Part shown: positions 28,001-35,392 of the stretch, piece by piece | Layout: each line of letters begins with the position of its first letter | How positions within the stretch are numbered: the stretch's first letter is position 1 | Origin: Methanobacteriota archaeon | GTDB taxonomy: Archaea; Thermoplasmatota; Poseidoniia; Poseidoniales; Thalassarchaeaceae | DNA length: 57,259 nucleotides | NCBI GenBank assembly: GCA_002725475.1 | Contig: PBPH01000051.1 | Location: 1 to 57,259, forward strand | Reading direction: 5' to 3' | Position numbers and translations under genes: made by a program | The notes under the pieces: model-generated | What the model saw: the letters and a program-made list of their open reading frames with translations, nothing else | The model's database searches: none | Told to the model about the DNA's origin: nothing

Positions 28001-31000
28001 TCCAGTATGTTTTACAACGATAGAGAGGACAACATCCTCAACTTCTGAATTGCTATGAATCGGAACCTCCTTTTCATCCGAAACCTCTTCCACCACCTCT
28101 TCAGTCTGTTTTGATTCTGTTTCTTGACTTGGAGTCGATATTGTTGGTTCATTTCCTTGGTCGGACATTGTGCAAATGTATGCAATCATATGGTTGAGTG
28201 TCGGGTGTTCTCTTAACTGGAAAGATTCGTCAACAGGTAATGAAAACATTTCTCGTAAATCGGCCATTATTTCAGCCTGTTTTACGGTGTCAATCCCTAA
28301 CTCTCCTTCAAGGTCTTGATCAAGTTCAATAAAATCAGTAGGATAACCGGTATGCTCTGCAACTGTTTTCACAACCTTCACAACAATTTCTTCGTTAGTT
28401 GATTTTGGTATAGTGACTTTACTAACCTCTTCCCGCTTTTCTATAGGGGTAGCCGGGATTTCGTTAGTTTTGATTTCAGTCACATTCTTTTCTTCAATTT
28501 TAGTTACTTTAGTGACAGGTTTAGAGTTTGAATCTGGTGCTGCATCCTGCTTTGTAGGAATCCATTCATCGCCATCCACGCCACCGATTAGATTTTCATC
28601 TGGCGCAACATAAGCGACGAGTTTTCTTTCTAAAATACGAGTAACAATGTCGCCTCCAACTTGCGTCCTTGTCCAATTCTCGACACTTTCCTTATCGATT
28701 CTATTTGTTGTTCGAGCAATTCTCTTGAACAATGTTAGAGCAATCTGGCTTCCAAATCCAGCAGCATGTCGGAACATGTATTCGATGTCATAAGAACCAC
28801 CTACTGAGAGCCTCAGATTACCAAGTTCTGGATCCGGCTGCTTGAAATTTGCAATAGGTGGCAGGCGTCCAGATGCTAATCCATACAACCCTGTAGCATC
28901 TTCAATTCCCACCCCCATAGGATGTCCCGTGAAACCTTTCGTATTGGTAATAATTAGATCATCAGCCGATGTACCGAAAGCACCTCTTAATGATTCGACT
29001 TCAGCAGCTGCAGAACCACCACGGGGTGGAGTAAATGGTTCATGCGACATGAAAGTTGTTTGTCGGGCGATTTCGTGTCGGTCAATCCCCCAATCTTTCT
29101 CCATCTTTGATACAAACTCTTCGAAAGTAGTGGCTACGTGATTAACATCTAGTCGAGTGGGGTGGAATGCAGAATTACCAATATGGGCACCAAGTAATTC
29201 CGCATATGGTATAATTCCTCTATCGGAGGCATGTGACGATTTTTCTATTACAAACGCCGCACCACCCATCCCAAGTAACATTCCGTTTCTACGTACATCA
29301 AATGGTAGAGCAACATCCTCTACGACATTACCCATTGAGTGTGCCCCAGCTGCAGCAAAACCAGTACCAATCCATTCCATCAAGTCATCACCAGTTGAGT
29401 CATCCCCGCTAATGACAATGACTCTGTCACATCTTCCCGATGACAACCAATCCTCAGCAATAGCAAAGGCGGCTGGTGTTGATGCGCAAGCGTTGTTTAT
29501 CGCTGCATTTGGCCCTCTTGCTCCTATCCATTGAGCAAATTGTGCATGCCCCATTGTTAGAACTTGTAGCAGAAATTTTCGATCAAAAGTACCATCTTCA
29601 TCAGCCCCATTGTTTTGTGCATGGCGCATTGCCATGGCCAAACCAGGCCAAACGGACGCGAATACAACACCAGTACGCTCTTTGATTGTAGATGGGAGGT
29701 TCCAACCTCTCACAAGTCGTTTGCCAGCACTACTCGATTGCTCAACGGGAATTAATGGCAAACCTGCATCTTTCAACGCTTCAAGTCCAGCAGCGAAAGA
29801 AAGAGTCGTTGATACATCCATTGCTGCTACAATCTTGGGATCAATTCCATATTGTTCTGACAAATCAAAATATCCGCCAATTCCTGCGAGTTGAGGTATA
29901 GTGTCAAATGAATCACAAGGAACAAATTCAGCTCTACCATCCTTATGTTTCACAATTCTAACGATGTTTTTATCGAGTAATTTCAATTTGGTTTCTTCAG
30001 GAAGTTCGCTTATGAAATTCTCTCCAGCAATTATTCTTTCTAGCGCATCATCACTAAACACCTCATCCATTCCTGGAAGTCCTAGACTAATTCCAGTAAC
30101 AACATAAGGGTTGATTTGTCGTTCCACAATTGAATTGCTTGCTAATGAAGTTCCCCCCCCTATTTGCTTGACCTTTTTTGTGAAACTAGGGGGTGGTGTC
30201 GTAACCCATTCGACAAGCGCTGATAACGTAGTTAGAGAATCATCAATTGGATGTTTTACAGATGATTCAGAAGAGATTCTGCCAAGTAATTGTGCTAGGC
30301 CCTCTCCAAATATTCCGAGAGTAGTTAGTTCTAATTCTCCTTTTATCATTCGAGCAGGGTACCCACAAACATCTGAAATTCGGTCTGCTAAATAACCTTC
30401 AACATCATCTTCCTGTTCGATTAATTGATTGGTTTGAATTTTGGTAGTAAGTGTAGGTGATTCTATGGTAGGGAAAGGCCTTGAGCGAGTACGCAGTTCT
30501 TCCCATTCTGAACTAGTGATTACTGATTCTTTTGGTAATCCTAAATTCTTCTGCCCCCAAACCTCTATTGGTCCAGCACGGAAACCTTCAGTCAATCTCA
30601 AAGAATCATGAGCATGCATTTCAGATTGTCTTCCCGACAGAGAACAGATGGCTAGAGATGAAAGGAATGATGCCACCCCTCCTACCTTTGGATGGTTCGT
30701 GTTAGTCACAACGAATGGGCGCCCCCCCTCTGATGATGCATTTTCATCCAATATTTGCTCAGCAAATAGAGCCAGGGCTCGTTTCGGTCCGACCTCCATA
30801 AAGAGCCTCCCTCCGCTTTCATACATTGTACGAATCTGTTTGGTCCATTCTACGGCCGAAGACATCTGAGGGGCTAACTGCCCCAGAATCGCCTGTTGAA
30901 CCGATTGATTCTGTTCCAATATTTCTGGATAGAAATTACCATCATAGTTTGCAGTGATTGGAATAGATGGAAGTGAAAGTTCTAAATCTTCAAGAAATTG

Positions 31001-33544
31001 CCTTAGCGGCTCATTAGCAGGGGCAACTATCTTTGAATGGAAAGCATGACTTGTCTGTAACTTTACACATTGTACATTTAATTCGGCAAATCTTCTAATT
31101 GCTTCGTTCATAGATTCTGTATCACCTGCAATAACAGTCATCAATGGAGAATTTTTGTTCGCAGCTATCACATATCCATCTATTGAATTTATCACCTCTT
31201 CAACTCTTTCAATAGGTGCTGTAACACTTGCCATAATCCCTTGATCAGGGACATCTACGTTACCCATTTCAGTCCCTCGAGCAGCAGCAGCTCTCAGAGC
31301 GTCATGGAATTTTAGAATCCCCGCAACCATCAATGCTGCATACTCGCCAAGGCTATGTCCAGCAACCATGTCAGGCTCAATTCCATGTTCAAGAAGAAGG
31401 CGATAGAGTGCTAAGTCTGCAGTCAGCATCGCAGGCTGAGTATATTCTGTCTGTTTCAATTTCTCTTCTGCAATTCTTGCATCCTCTTCTGAAAGATTTT
31501 CTCTTAGCACAAACTCAGAGAGAGTCTCCCCACCTAGGATTTCTATCATAGTGCGGTCCGCTTCAATCCATGTTTCACCCACAACTTCAAATCTCTTTGA
31601 CAAATCTAGTGTCATCCCAACATATTGGCTACCTTGCCCCGGAAACATCTGTACAAGTTTAGCATCAGGGGTGAGAGGTGGGTCATCTGTAATGAATACC
31701 ATCTGTTTTGCGAGGAAAGCCCATTTTGATTTATCAGACAGATTATCTTCAAGTAAATTCAGTCTCTTCTCCAATTGCGCCCAACTTGTGGCAACTACAC
31801 CACATCGGACACCTTCGGCTTTGAATCCATTAGATAGTGCAGATAATGCAACTGAAAGCCGCCGCCCCTCTGGAGAGTCATCAAAAGTTGGTGAAGATGG
31901 GGCAAGAAGCGCAATTTTGGCCATAGTGATTTCATCAGATAGTAAATCTAGAGTAGGAGCATTGAGTAATAGTAATCCACCTTCAATTTCTTTCAATTCA
32001 TCGTGTGTCATTGAAGGTTTGGCGTTTTGATCAAGAACACTGGCAGCAGAAGGTGGCTTGGATTCACTGGTTTTAGAAAGTTCAATTTCATTCACCATTT
32101 TCAGATGATATTCAGGATCATATTGTTCTAGGGTACAATGGAAATTGGTCCCTCCAAATCCGAACGATGAAATTCCTGCTCTTCTGGGTATTCCTGATTG
32201 GGGCGGTGGCCATTCACTGGCCATTGTTGGAACAAAGAATGGGATTTCGTCCCAGTTAACCGAAGTATTTGGCTGTTCAAAACCCGCAGACGGAGGAATA
32301 GTCCTATGATGAAGTGAAAGACAGGCCTTGAGTAACCCTACCATTCCAGCGGCCGCCTTCAAATGACCGATTTGACTTTTTACAGAACCAACAGCCACGT
32401 TATCTCCACCACTTTTCTCTGAGAAAATCTCTGCCAAAGCAGAGAGTTCAGTCGCATCACCTACTTTCGTACTTGTTCCATGAGCCTCAATCAATTCAAC
32501 AGATGATGCAGAGTAACCAGCTTGTTGGTAGGCACGTATTACTGCTTGTTTCTGACCTCTTATCGAGGGTGCTGTAATTCCCTTTCCTCTTCCGTCGCTA
32601 GAAGCACCAATTCCTCTAATAACACTGTAAATAACATCTCCATCACTTATTGCATCTTCCAGCCGTTTGAGGACAATACAACCAGCCCCTTCGCCCATTA
32701 CAAAACCATTAGCACGTGCATCAAACGGGCGTGAATGAATGGGCGATAATGCTCCAATAGCGGAGAATTTTGCATATGTTCCTGGATCCATGGTACAATC
32801 GCTGGCACCACATAGCATTACATCTGTCTGGCCTGTTTGTAGCATTTGACAAGCAGAAACTAGTGCTGCAAAGGTACTTGCACAAGCAGCATCAGCACTG
32901 AAGTTAGGTCCTTGTAAATCAAGAAGGTTTGCAACTCTTCCAGCAACTACATTTGCCAATTCACCAGGCATTGTATCCTCATCAATTCGAGGTTTTCCTT
33001 GAGTAATTGATTCTTTGAATTGCTTAATTTCTTCTTCAGGCATCCCCGCTTCAACAGCTTTCCTTGCAAATTGATCGGCATAGATTCGGTGACTAGACAT
33101 CACTCGATTCTCTCCACCTAGGGCATTAGCAAATATGACGCCACATCTCTCATTTGGCAACTCAAGCCGTTTTCTTTCACCAAGATAACCAGCATCTTCT
33201 AGTGCAGAGGCGGACACCTCAACTGCCCATAATTGAGTATCATCAATTTGTTCAAGTGTGCCTGGTGGCTGTTTCCATCTTCGCCAATCAAACTCAAAAT
33301 TCTCTATAAATGCCCCAATTTTTGAGTACGTCTTGTTTTCTAACACATTACCGGGTTCCCCTTCAACCCAGAAGTCATCAGTATTCCATCTATCATGTGG
33401 TACTTCTTTAATCGAAACATGTGCATTAATCACATTATCCCAGAATTTGTCAATATCTGGTGCGTCTGGCAGTAGTGCTGATACACCAACGATTGCAATC
33501 GGTGAGAATGATTGCTGGGGCTTTTCTTCAAGTTGGTTACTCAT
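25088..33544 (-). CDS. Type-I fatty-acid/polyketide (PfaA-like) megasynthase: KS - AT - degenerate ACP-like - KS - ACP - ACP - KR - DH
   Basis: Single 2818-aa ORF. The catalytic motifs listed in the domain features below are all intact. I verified the codons of Cys221 (tgt, 32882-32884), Ser731 (agc, 31352-31354) and Cys1353 (tgc, 29486-29488) in the DNA. Confidence 0.9.
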   Translation of the reverse strand: MSNQLEEKPQQSFSPIAIVGVSALLPDAPDIDKFWDNVINAHVSIKEVPHDRWNTDDFWVEGEPGNVLENKTYSKIGAFIENFEFDWRRWKQPPGTLEQIDDTQLWAVEVSASALEDAGYLGERKRLELPNERCGVIFANALGGENRVMSSHRIYADQFARKAVEAGMPEEEIKQFKESITQGKPRIDEDTMPGELANVVAGRVANLLDLQGPNFSADAACASTFAALVSACQMLQTGQTDVMLCGASDCTMDPGTYAKFSAIGALSPIHSRPFDARANGFVMGEGAGCIVLKRLEDAISDGDVIYSVIRGIGASSDGRGKGITAPSIRGQKQAVIRAYQQAGYSASSVELIEAHGTSTKVGDATELSALAEIFSEKSGGDNVAVGSVKSQIGHLKAAAGMVGLLKACLSLHHRTIPPSAGFEQPNTSVNWDEIPFFVPTMASEWPPPQSGIPRRAGISSFGFGGTNFHCTLEQYDPEYHLKMVNEIELSKTSESKPPSAASVLDQNAKPSMTHDELKEIEGGLLLLNAPTLDLLSDEITMAKIALLAPSSPTFDDSPEGRRLSVALSALSNGFKAEGVRCGVVATSWAQLEKRLNLLEDNLSDKSKWAFLAKQMVFITDDPPLTPDAKLVQMFPGQGSQYVGMTLDLSKRFEVVGETWIEADRTMIEILGGETLSEFVLRENLSEEDARIAEEKLKQTEYTQPAMLTADLALYRLLLEHGIEPDMVAGHSLGEYAALMVAGILKFHDALRAAAARGTEMGNVDVPDQGIMASVTAPIERVEEVINSIDGYVIAANKNSPLMTVIAGDTESMNEAIRRFAELNVQCVKLQTSHAFHSKIVAPANEPLRQFLEDLELSLPSIPITANYDGNFYPEILEQNQSVQQAILGQLAPQMSSAVEWTKQIRTMYESGGRLFMEVGPKRALALFAEQILDENASSEGGRPFVVTNTNHPKVGGVASFLSSLAICSLSGRQSEMHAHDSLRLTEGFRAGPIEVWGQKNLGLPKESVITSSEWEELRTRSRPFPTIESPTLTTKIQTNQLIEQEDDVEGYLADRISDVCGYPARMIKGELELTTLGIFGEGLAQLLGRISSESSVKHPIDDSLTTLSALVEWVTTPPPSFTKKVKQIGGGTSLASNSIVERQINPYVVTGISLGLPGMDEVFSDDALERIIAGENFISELPEETKLKLLDKNIVRIVKHKDGRAEFVPCDSFDTIPQLAGIGGYFDLSEQYGIDPKIVAAMDVSTTLSFAAGLEALKDAGLPLIPVEQSSSAGKRLVRGWNLPSTIKERTGVVFASVWPGLAMAMRHAQNNGADEDGTFDRKFLLQVLTMGHAQFAQWIGARGPNAAINNACASTPAAFAIAEDWLSSGRCDRVIVISGDDSTGDDLMEWIGTGFAAAGAHSMGNVVEDVALPFDVRRNGMLLGMGGAAFVIEKSSHASDRGIIPYAELLGAHIGNSAFHPTRLDVNHVATTFEEFVSKMEKDWGIDRHEIARQTTFMSHEPFTPPRGGSAAAEVESLRGAFGTSADDLIITNTKGFTGHPMGVGIEDATGLYGLASGRLPPIANFKQPDPELGNLRLSVGGSYDIEYMFRHAAGFGSQIALTLFKRIARTTNRIDKESVENWTRTQVGGDIVTRILERKLVAYVAPDENLIGGVDGDEWIPTKQDAAPDSNSKPVTKVTKIEEKNVTEIKTNEIPATPIEKREEVSKVTIPKSTNEEIVVKVVKTVAEHTGYPTDFIELDQDLEGELGIDTVKQAEIMADLREMFSLPVDESFQLREHPTLNHMIAYICTMSDQGNEPTISTPSQETESKQTEEVVEEVSDEKEVPIHSNSEVEDVVLSIVVKHTGYPEDFLELDQDLEGELGIDTVKQAEIMADCREQFSLPVDESFQLRDYPTLAHMISYIISMSVGIPQNQAKIENDDNDETVDEIELPEQDVVENTMENVVDEIGVRRWVVEVEEAELNEPAPIEMKGSYLIVTDDSWGLGDAICQELEMAGTEAVRLMLDPSIKSKIRVEKDGEVDIIRLDPGNEAHLSQFGAILAPLDVVGVIHTAPCTLAGMAWAEVTSRQQTQMVCHGLFGVLRIIDGKLAERDDGIVCSVSALDGRHGNGGHRFNALGAGAHGIVKSYGRERPNIRSRAIDVAPELLVDASSLANTILEEINQMGPRELGIDADGRRWAVCIYDEPHESERKSLQSDDVLLVSGGGTGVTSACMVGLAEANLDVGVHFALLGRTKLDDSLVSKISAGDEELQQMKMSLREQLQEGAEKVTIVEWEREWARVTRSIDIHKTLHSIRESGNTASYHSCDITDGKQIRKVLKKLKKKRGAVTGIIHGAGIEDSKLVADKQWSTFSQVMAVKVDGWQALVNAVKDYSSELRYCCVFTSIAGRFGNAGQTDYAAANCILDAEMSRLAHTENEPQGVALAWTGWRDVGMATRGSIEKVFEEAGIETVSVENGVNLFVDEVMCGGKRKVVIAGQLGVLNDDGSDRKPPQRLSPEVSALMEDAKRFPFVEKIVSHEDFDQLTYECTLDVNRYPFLIDHAIDGVPYHPGVMALEMFAEAAQLLWPPCTVIGFNDVKFGLPVKLLHDEQKVRVVANFSKQDDDNVWISCHLESDLINKSGETFGEPRVHHEGIVRMLKVGADRGLLHLPSIGIPAQDGTPDNPDFIYKRFFHGPKFQSHGGIICGCQIEEMQGIDGIALNRNQLPDTNLFADGMMKLEAQPMLIEACFQNAGMAAMEVDELQSLPIGIDHVELIRKSEKNDTLRIRTLRIGGDEGGITNHDGLIINQNGKPVLALNGLRLKGMAPLSDAEKFTLNRN
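25130..26032 (-). other. Megasynthase domain: PKS-type (double hot-dog) dehydratase (aa ~2505-2805)
   Basis: LIDHAIDGVPYHPGV (HxxxGxxxxP, His2541). The second-half motif PMLIEACFQ is ExxxQ where DxxxQ/H is usual. Confidence 0.7.
26105..27682 (-). other. Megasynthase domain: ketoreductase with structural subdomain (aa ~1955-2480)
   Basis: Rossmann motif LLVSGGGTGVTS (aa 2201-2212) and catalytic region TDYAAAN (Tyr2398), the PKS/FAS-type KR signature. Confidence 0.8.
27815..28048 (-). other. Megasynthase domain: ACP 2 (aa ~1833-1910), Thr1868 at the acceptor position
   Basis: LDQDLEGELGIDTVKQAEIMADCRE. Here the Thr codon is ACT, so it is not a copy artefact of ACP 1. Confidence 0.8.
28160..28399 (-). 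other. Megasynthase domain: ACP 1 (aa ~1716-1795), Thr1753 at the acceptor position
   Basis: LDQDLEGELGIDTVKQAEIMADLRE. The codon at 28286-28288 is ACC (Thr) where carrier proteins normally have the Ser of the DS(L/I) motif. Confidence 0.8.
28715..30109 (-). other. Megasynthase domain: ketosynthase 2 (aa ~1146-1610), active-site Cys retained
   Basis: NNACASTPAAF (Cys1353), an atypical first His box MSHEPFTPPRGG (His1501), and NTKGFTGHPMG (His1541). It is not a Gln-type chain-length factor. Confidence 0.75.
30200..30412 (-). other. Megasynthase segment: degenerate ACP-like region lacking an acceptor residue (aa ~1045-1115)
   Basis: YLADRISDVCGYPARMIKGELELTTLGIFGEGLAQLL parallels the true ACPs (VAEHTGYPTDFIELDQDLEGELGIDTVKQAEIM), but has GIFGEG in place of GID(S/T). 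Confidence 0.4.
30770..31657 (-). other. Megasynthase domain: acyltransferase, malonyl-type (aa ~630-925)
   Basis: FPGQGSQ, GHSLGEY (Ser731) and the HAFH specificity motif (SHAFHS, aa 832-837). Confidence 0.85.
32120..33505 (-). other. Megasynthase domain: ketosynthase 1 (aa ~14-475)
   Basis: IAIVGVSALLPDA...FW N-terminus as in PfaA-type KS, with DAACAS (Cys221), EAHGTST (His355) and KSQIGHLK (His394). Confidence 0.85.
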
Positions 33545-33553
33545 GGTATAACC

Positions 33554-34429
33554 TCAATCTGATATGCTATCCGGTACCATCGTGCTTGAATATCCAGCAT
33601 CTACGTGAATAATCTGTCCTGTGACCCCTGATGAAAGCGGTGAGGCAAGCCAAACAGCGCAGCCGGCAACATCCTTCTGATTCACATTTCTTCGAAGTGA
33701 TGAATTTCTCTCGACATGATTTAGGATGTCATCAAACCCTGGAATTCCACTAGCAGCGAGTGTTTGAATCGGCCCGGGTGAAATGGCATTTACTCGATGT
33801 CCTTCGGGACCAATATGATTGGCTAATTCGCGTGTCCAAGCCTCCAGCGCTGCTTTTGCAATACTCATCACCCCATAGTTTGGAACCCAGCGTGTAGATG
33901 CAGCATAGGTTAGAGTGATTGTAGAAGAGTTGGGTGCAAGGTGTGGTAAAGCATGGCGCATTACTCTCTGTAATGAGTGAGCACTAACCGTCATTGCGAT
34001 GTTCATAGGCTCATTTTCAGCAAAAAGTATTGGTCTGTCGAAACATTCCCTTGGAGCGAATCCTATTGCGTGAATTACAATGTCAGCCTTAGCCCCAGGA
34101 TTCTCAGCTTGCCATTCTGTGAAGAATTCAGCAGTCAACTCATTGGTAGAAACATCGATTGGATAGAATGCCTCAATGGCATCTAAATTCTCTTTCAATT
34201 GGAAAACACGACTCATAAAACGTCTCTGAAAACCAAGAATTAGTTTGCAACCAGCAGCTGCTAATTGTTCGCAAATTGCCCATGCGATGCTTTCCTCACT
34301 AGCGACGCCAAACACTAGTGCAGTCTTTCCCTCTAGTTCCAACATGAAACCACCTGTTCCTCCCAACATCGATTCGCCGGCGACATCGGCTTCAAGACCT
34401 TTGCCCACTCTGTGAAGTGAATGCATCAT
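33554..34429 (-). CDS. fabI: Enoyl-[acyl-carrier-protein] reductase, FabI type (SDR)
   Basis: LEGKTALVFGVASEESIAWAI N-terminus and PNYGVMSIAKAALEA (Tyr-x6-Lys, as in E. coli FabI PNYNVMGLAKASLEA). The homology-consistent start is the ATG at 34345 (MLELEGK...); the ORF is open to 34429. The stop lies 9 bp upstream of the megasynthase start. Confidence 0.85.
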   Translation of the reverse strand: MMHSLHRVGKGLEADVAGESMLGGTGGFMLELEGKTALVFGVASEESIAWAICEQLAAAGCKLILGFQRRFMSRVFQLKENLDAIEAFYPIDVSTNELTAEFFTEWQAENPGAKADIVIHAIGFAPRECFDRPILFAENEPMNIAMTVSAHSLQRVMRHALPHLAPNSSTITLTYAASTRWVPNYGVMSIAKAALEAWTRELANHIGPEGHRVNAISPGPIQTLAASGIPGFDDILNHVERNSSLRRNVNQKDVAGCAVWLASPLSSGVTGQIIHVDAGYSSTMVPDSISD

Positions 34430-34495
34430 TCAGCATAGCATCTATTTTTCCCCAGAAATCTCCAAGAAGTGTGGATTTACACTAATTTAGGGAAA

Positions 34496-35383
34496 TCACA
34501 CATATTCCCCATATAGTGCATCAGGTAAATCAATGTGAATTGCACTAAGGGTGGCCTCAGCATCAATTCCCATCCCAATCAAAGAAGAAGACAACTGTTG
34601 TGTTCTTTTTGGCACAGTCTTCGGTCCTAGTACAGCACCAGGTCTGCGAGGGTCATCCATGTAGTCAGTCTCCATTAAGAAACCCCCTTCATTTTGCCAT
34701 ATTGAATTTACAATGTCTTTAATTGCATCTCGTCCCACAACCACTGAAGAAGTCAAACCGTGAGTGTAATTCTTGCCAATGTTTCCATCAGCATGGTGGT
34801 GGATTGCACCAAATCTGGGAAAGCCAACGCTGTCACAAATTTTTGAAATTTCTTTATTCGTCATTTCCCCATTAGAATCTAAATGAAGCTGTGCAGGTAC
34901 ATTGGCTTGTTTGCACATTCCAAGAATTTCGGTAAGTAACTGATCTGCATGTTGAATCACTTCCTCCCCAACATCCCAATGGGGTCGGCCAACCTCGCCT
35001 ACCCCGACAGCAAGATTTTCATCACAGAATTCTATTGCGATTTCTACTGAAGAAATGTGTAGTTCTCCTGCTACTTCATATCCTAATTCTGCAGTTTGAT
35101 GCATCCAAGCTGCTGGATGTGGGCCAAGAACCACGCGAACTCGTAAATCATGTTCGCTACGTGTGTTCTCTGCCATTTCAATGGTCTCTTCATAGGCCCT
35201 ACGAATTTCATCTTCGTTAAGTGGTAAGTTATTGAAATCTGGTTTGTGAACCAATACTAAATCAGTCCCTCCTGCACGTTTGAAATCGAGTGCTGCATCA
35301 AGATATCTTCCAGCCTTATCTAAATGGAAATGGTTGTCAAGAATAGGGCCACTCCAACGCCCATCTGAGAGATTCATTTTCAC
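34496..35383 (-). CDS. TatD-related metal-dependent hydrolase (amidohydrolase fold)
   Basis: 295 aa with the N-terminal ILDNHFHLD (HxH) motif and later His/Asp ligand-like positions (QLHLD, IHHHAD, METDY). Confidence 0.7.
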   Translation of the reverse strand: MKMNLSDGRWSGPILDNHFHLDKAGRYLDAALDFKRAGGTDLVLVHKPDFNNLPLNEDEIRRAYEETIEMAENTRSEHDLRVRVVLGPHPAAWMHQTAELGYEVAGELHISSVEIAIEFCDENLAVGVGEVGRPHWDVGEEVIQHADQLLTEILGMCKQANVPAQLHLDSNGEMTNKEISKICDSVGFPRFGAIHHHADGNIGKNYTHGLTSSVVVGRDAIKDIVNSIWQNEGGFLMETDYMDDPRRPGAVLGPKTVPKRTQQLSSSLIGMGIDAEATLSAIHIDLPDALYGEYV

Positions 35384-35392
35384 CCTCCAATA

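Larger units (their letters stand above)
27815..28399 (-). repeat. Tandem duplication of the ACP-coding module (about 345-nt period, diverged)
   Basis: ccattatttcagcctgttttac(a/g)gtgtcaat(t/c)cctaa... and the flanking blocks recur at about 27930 and about 28270. Confidence 0.8.
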
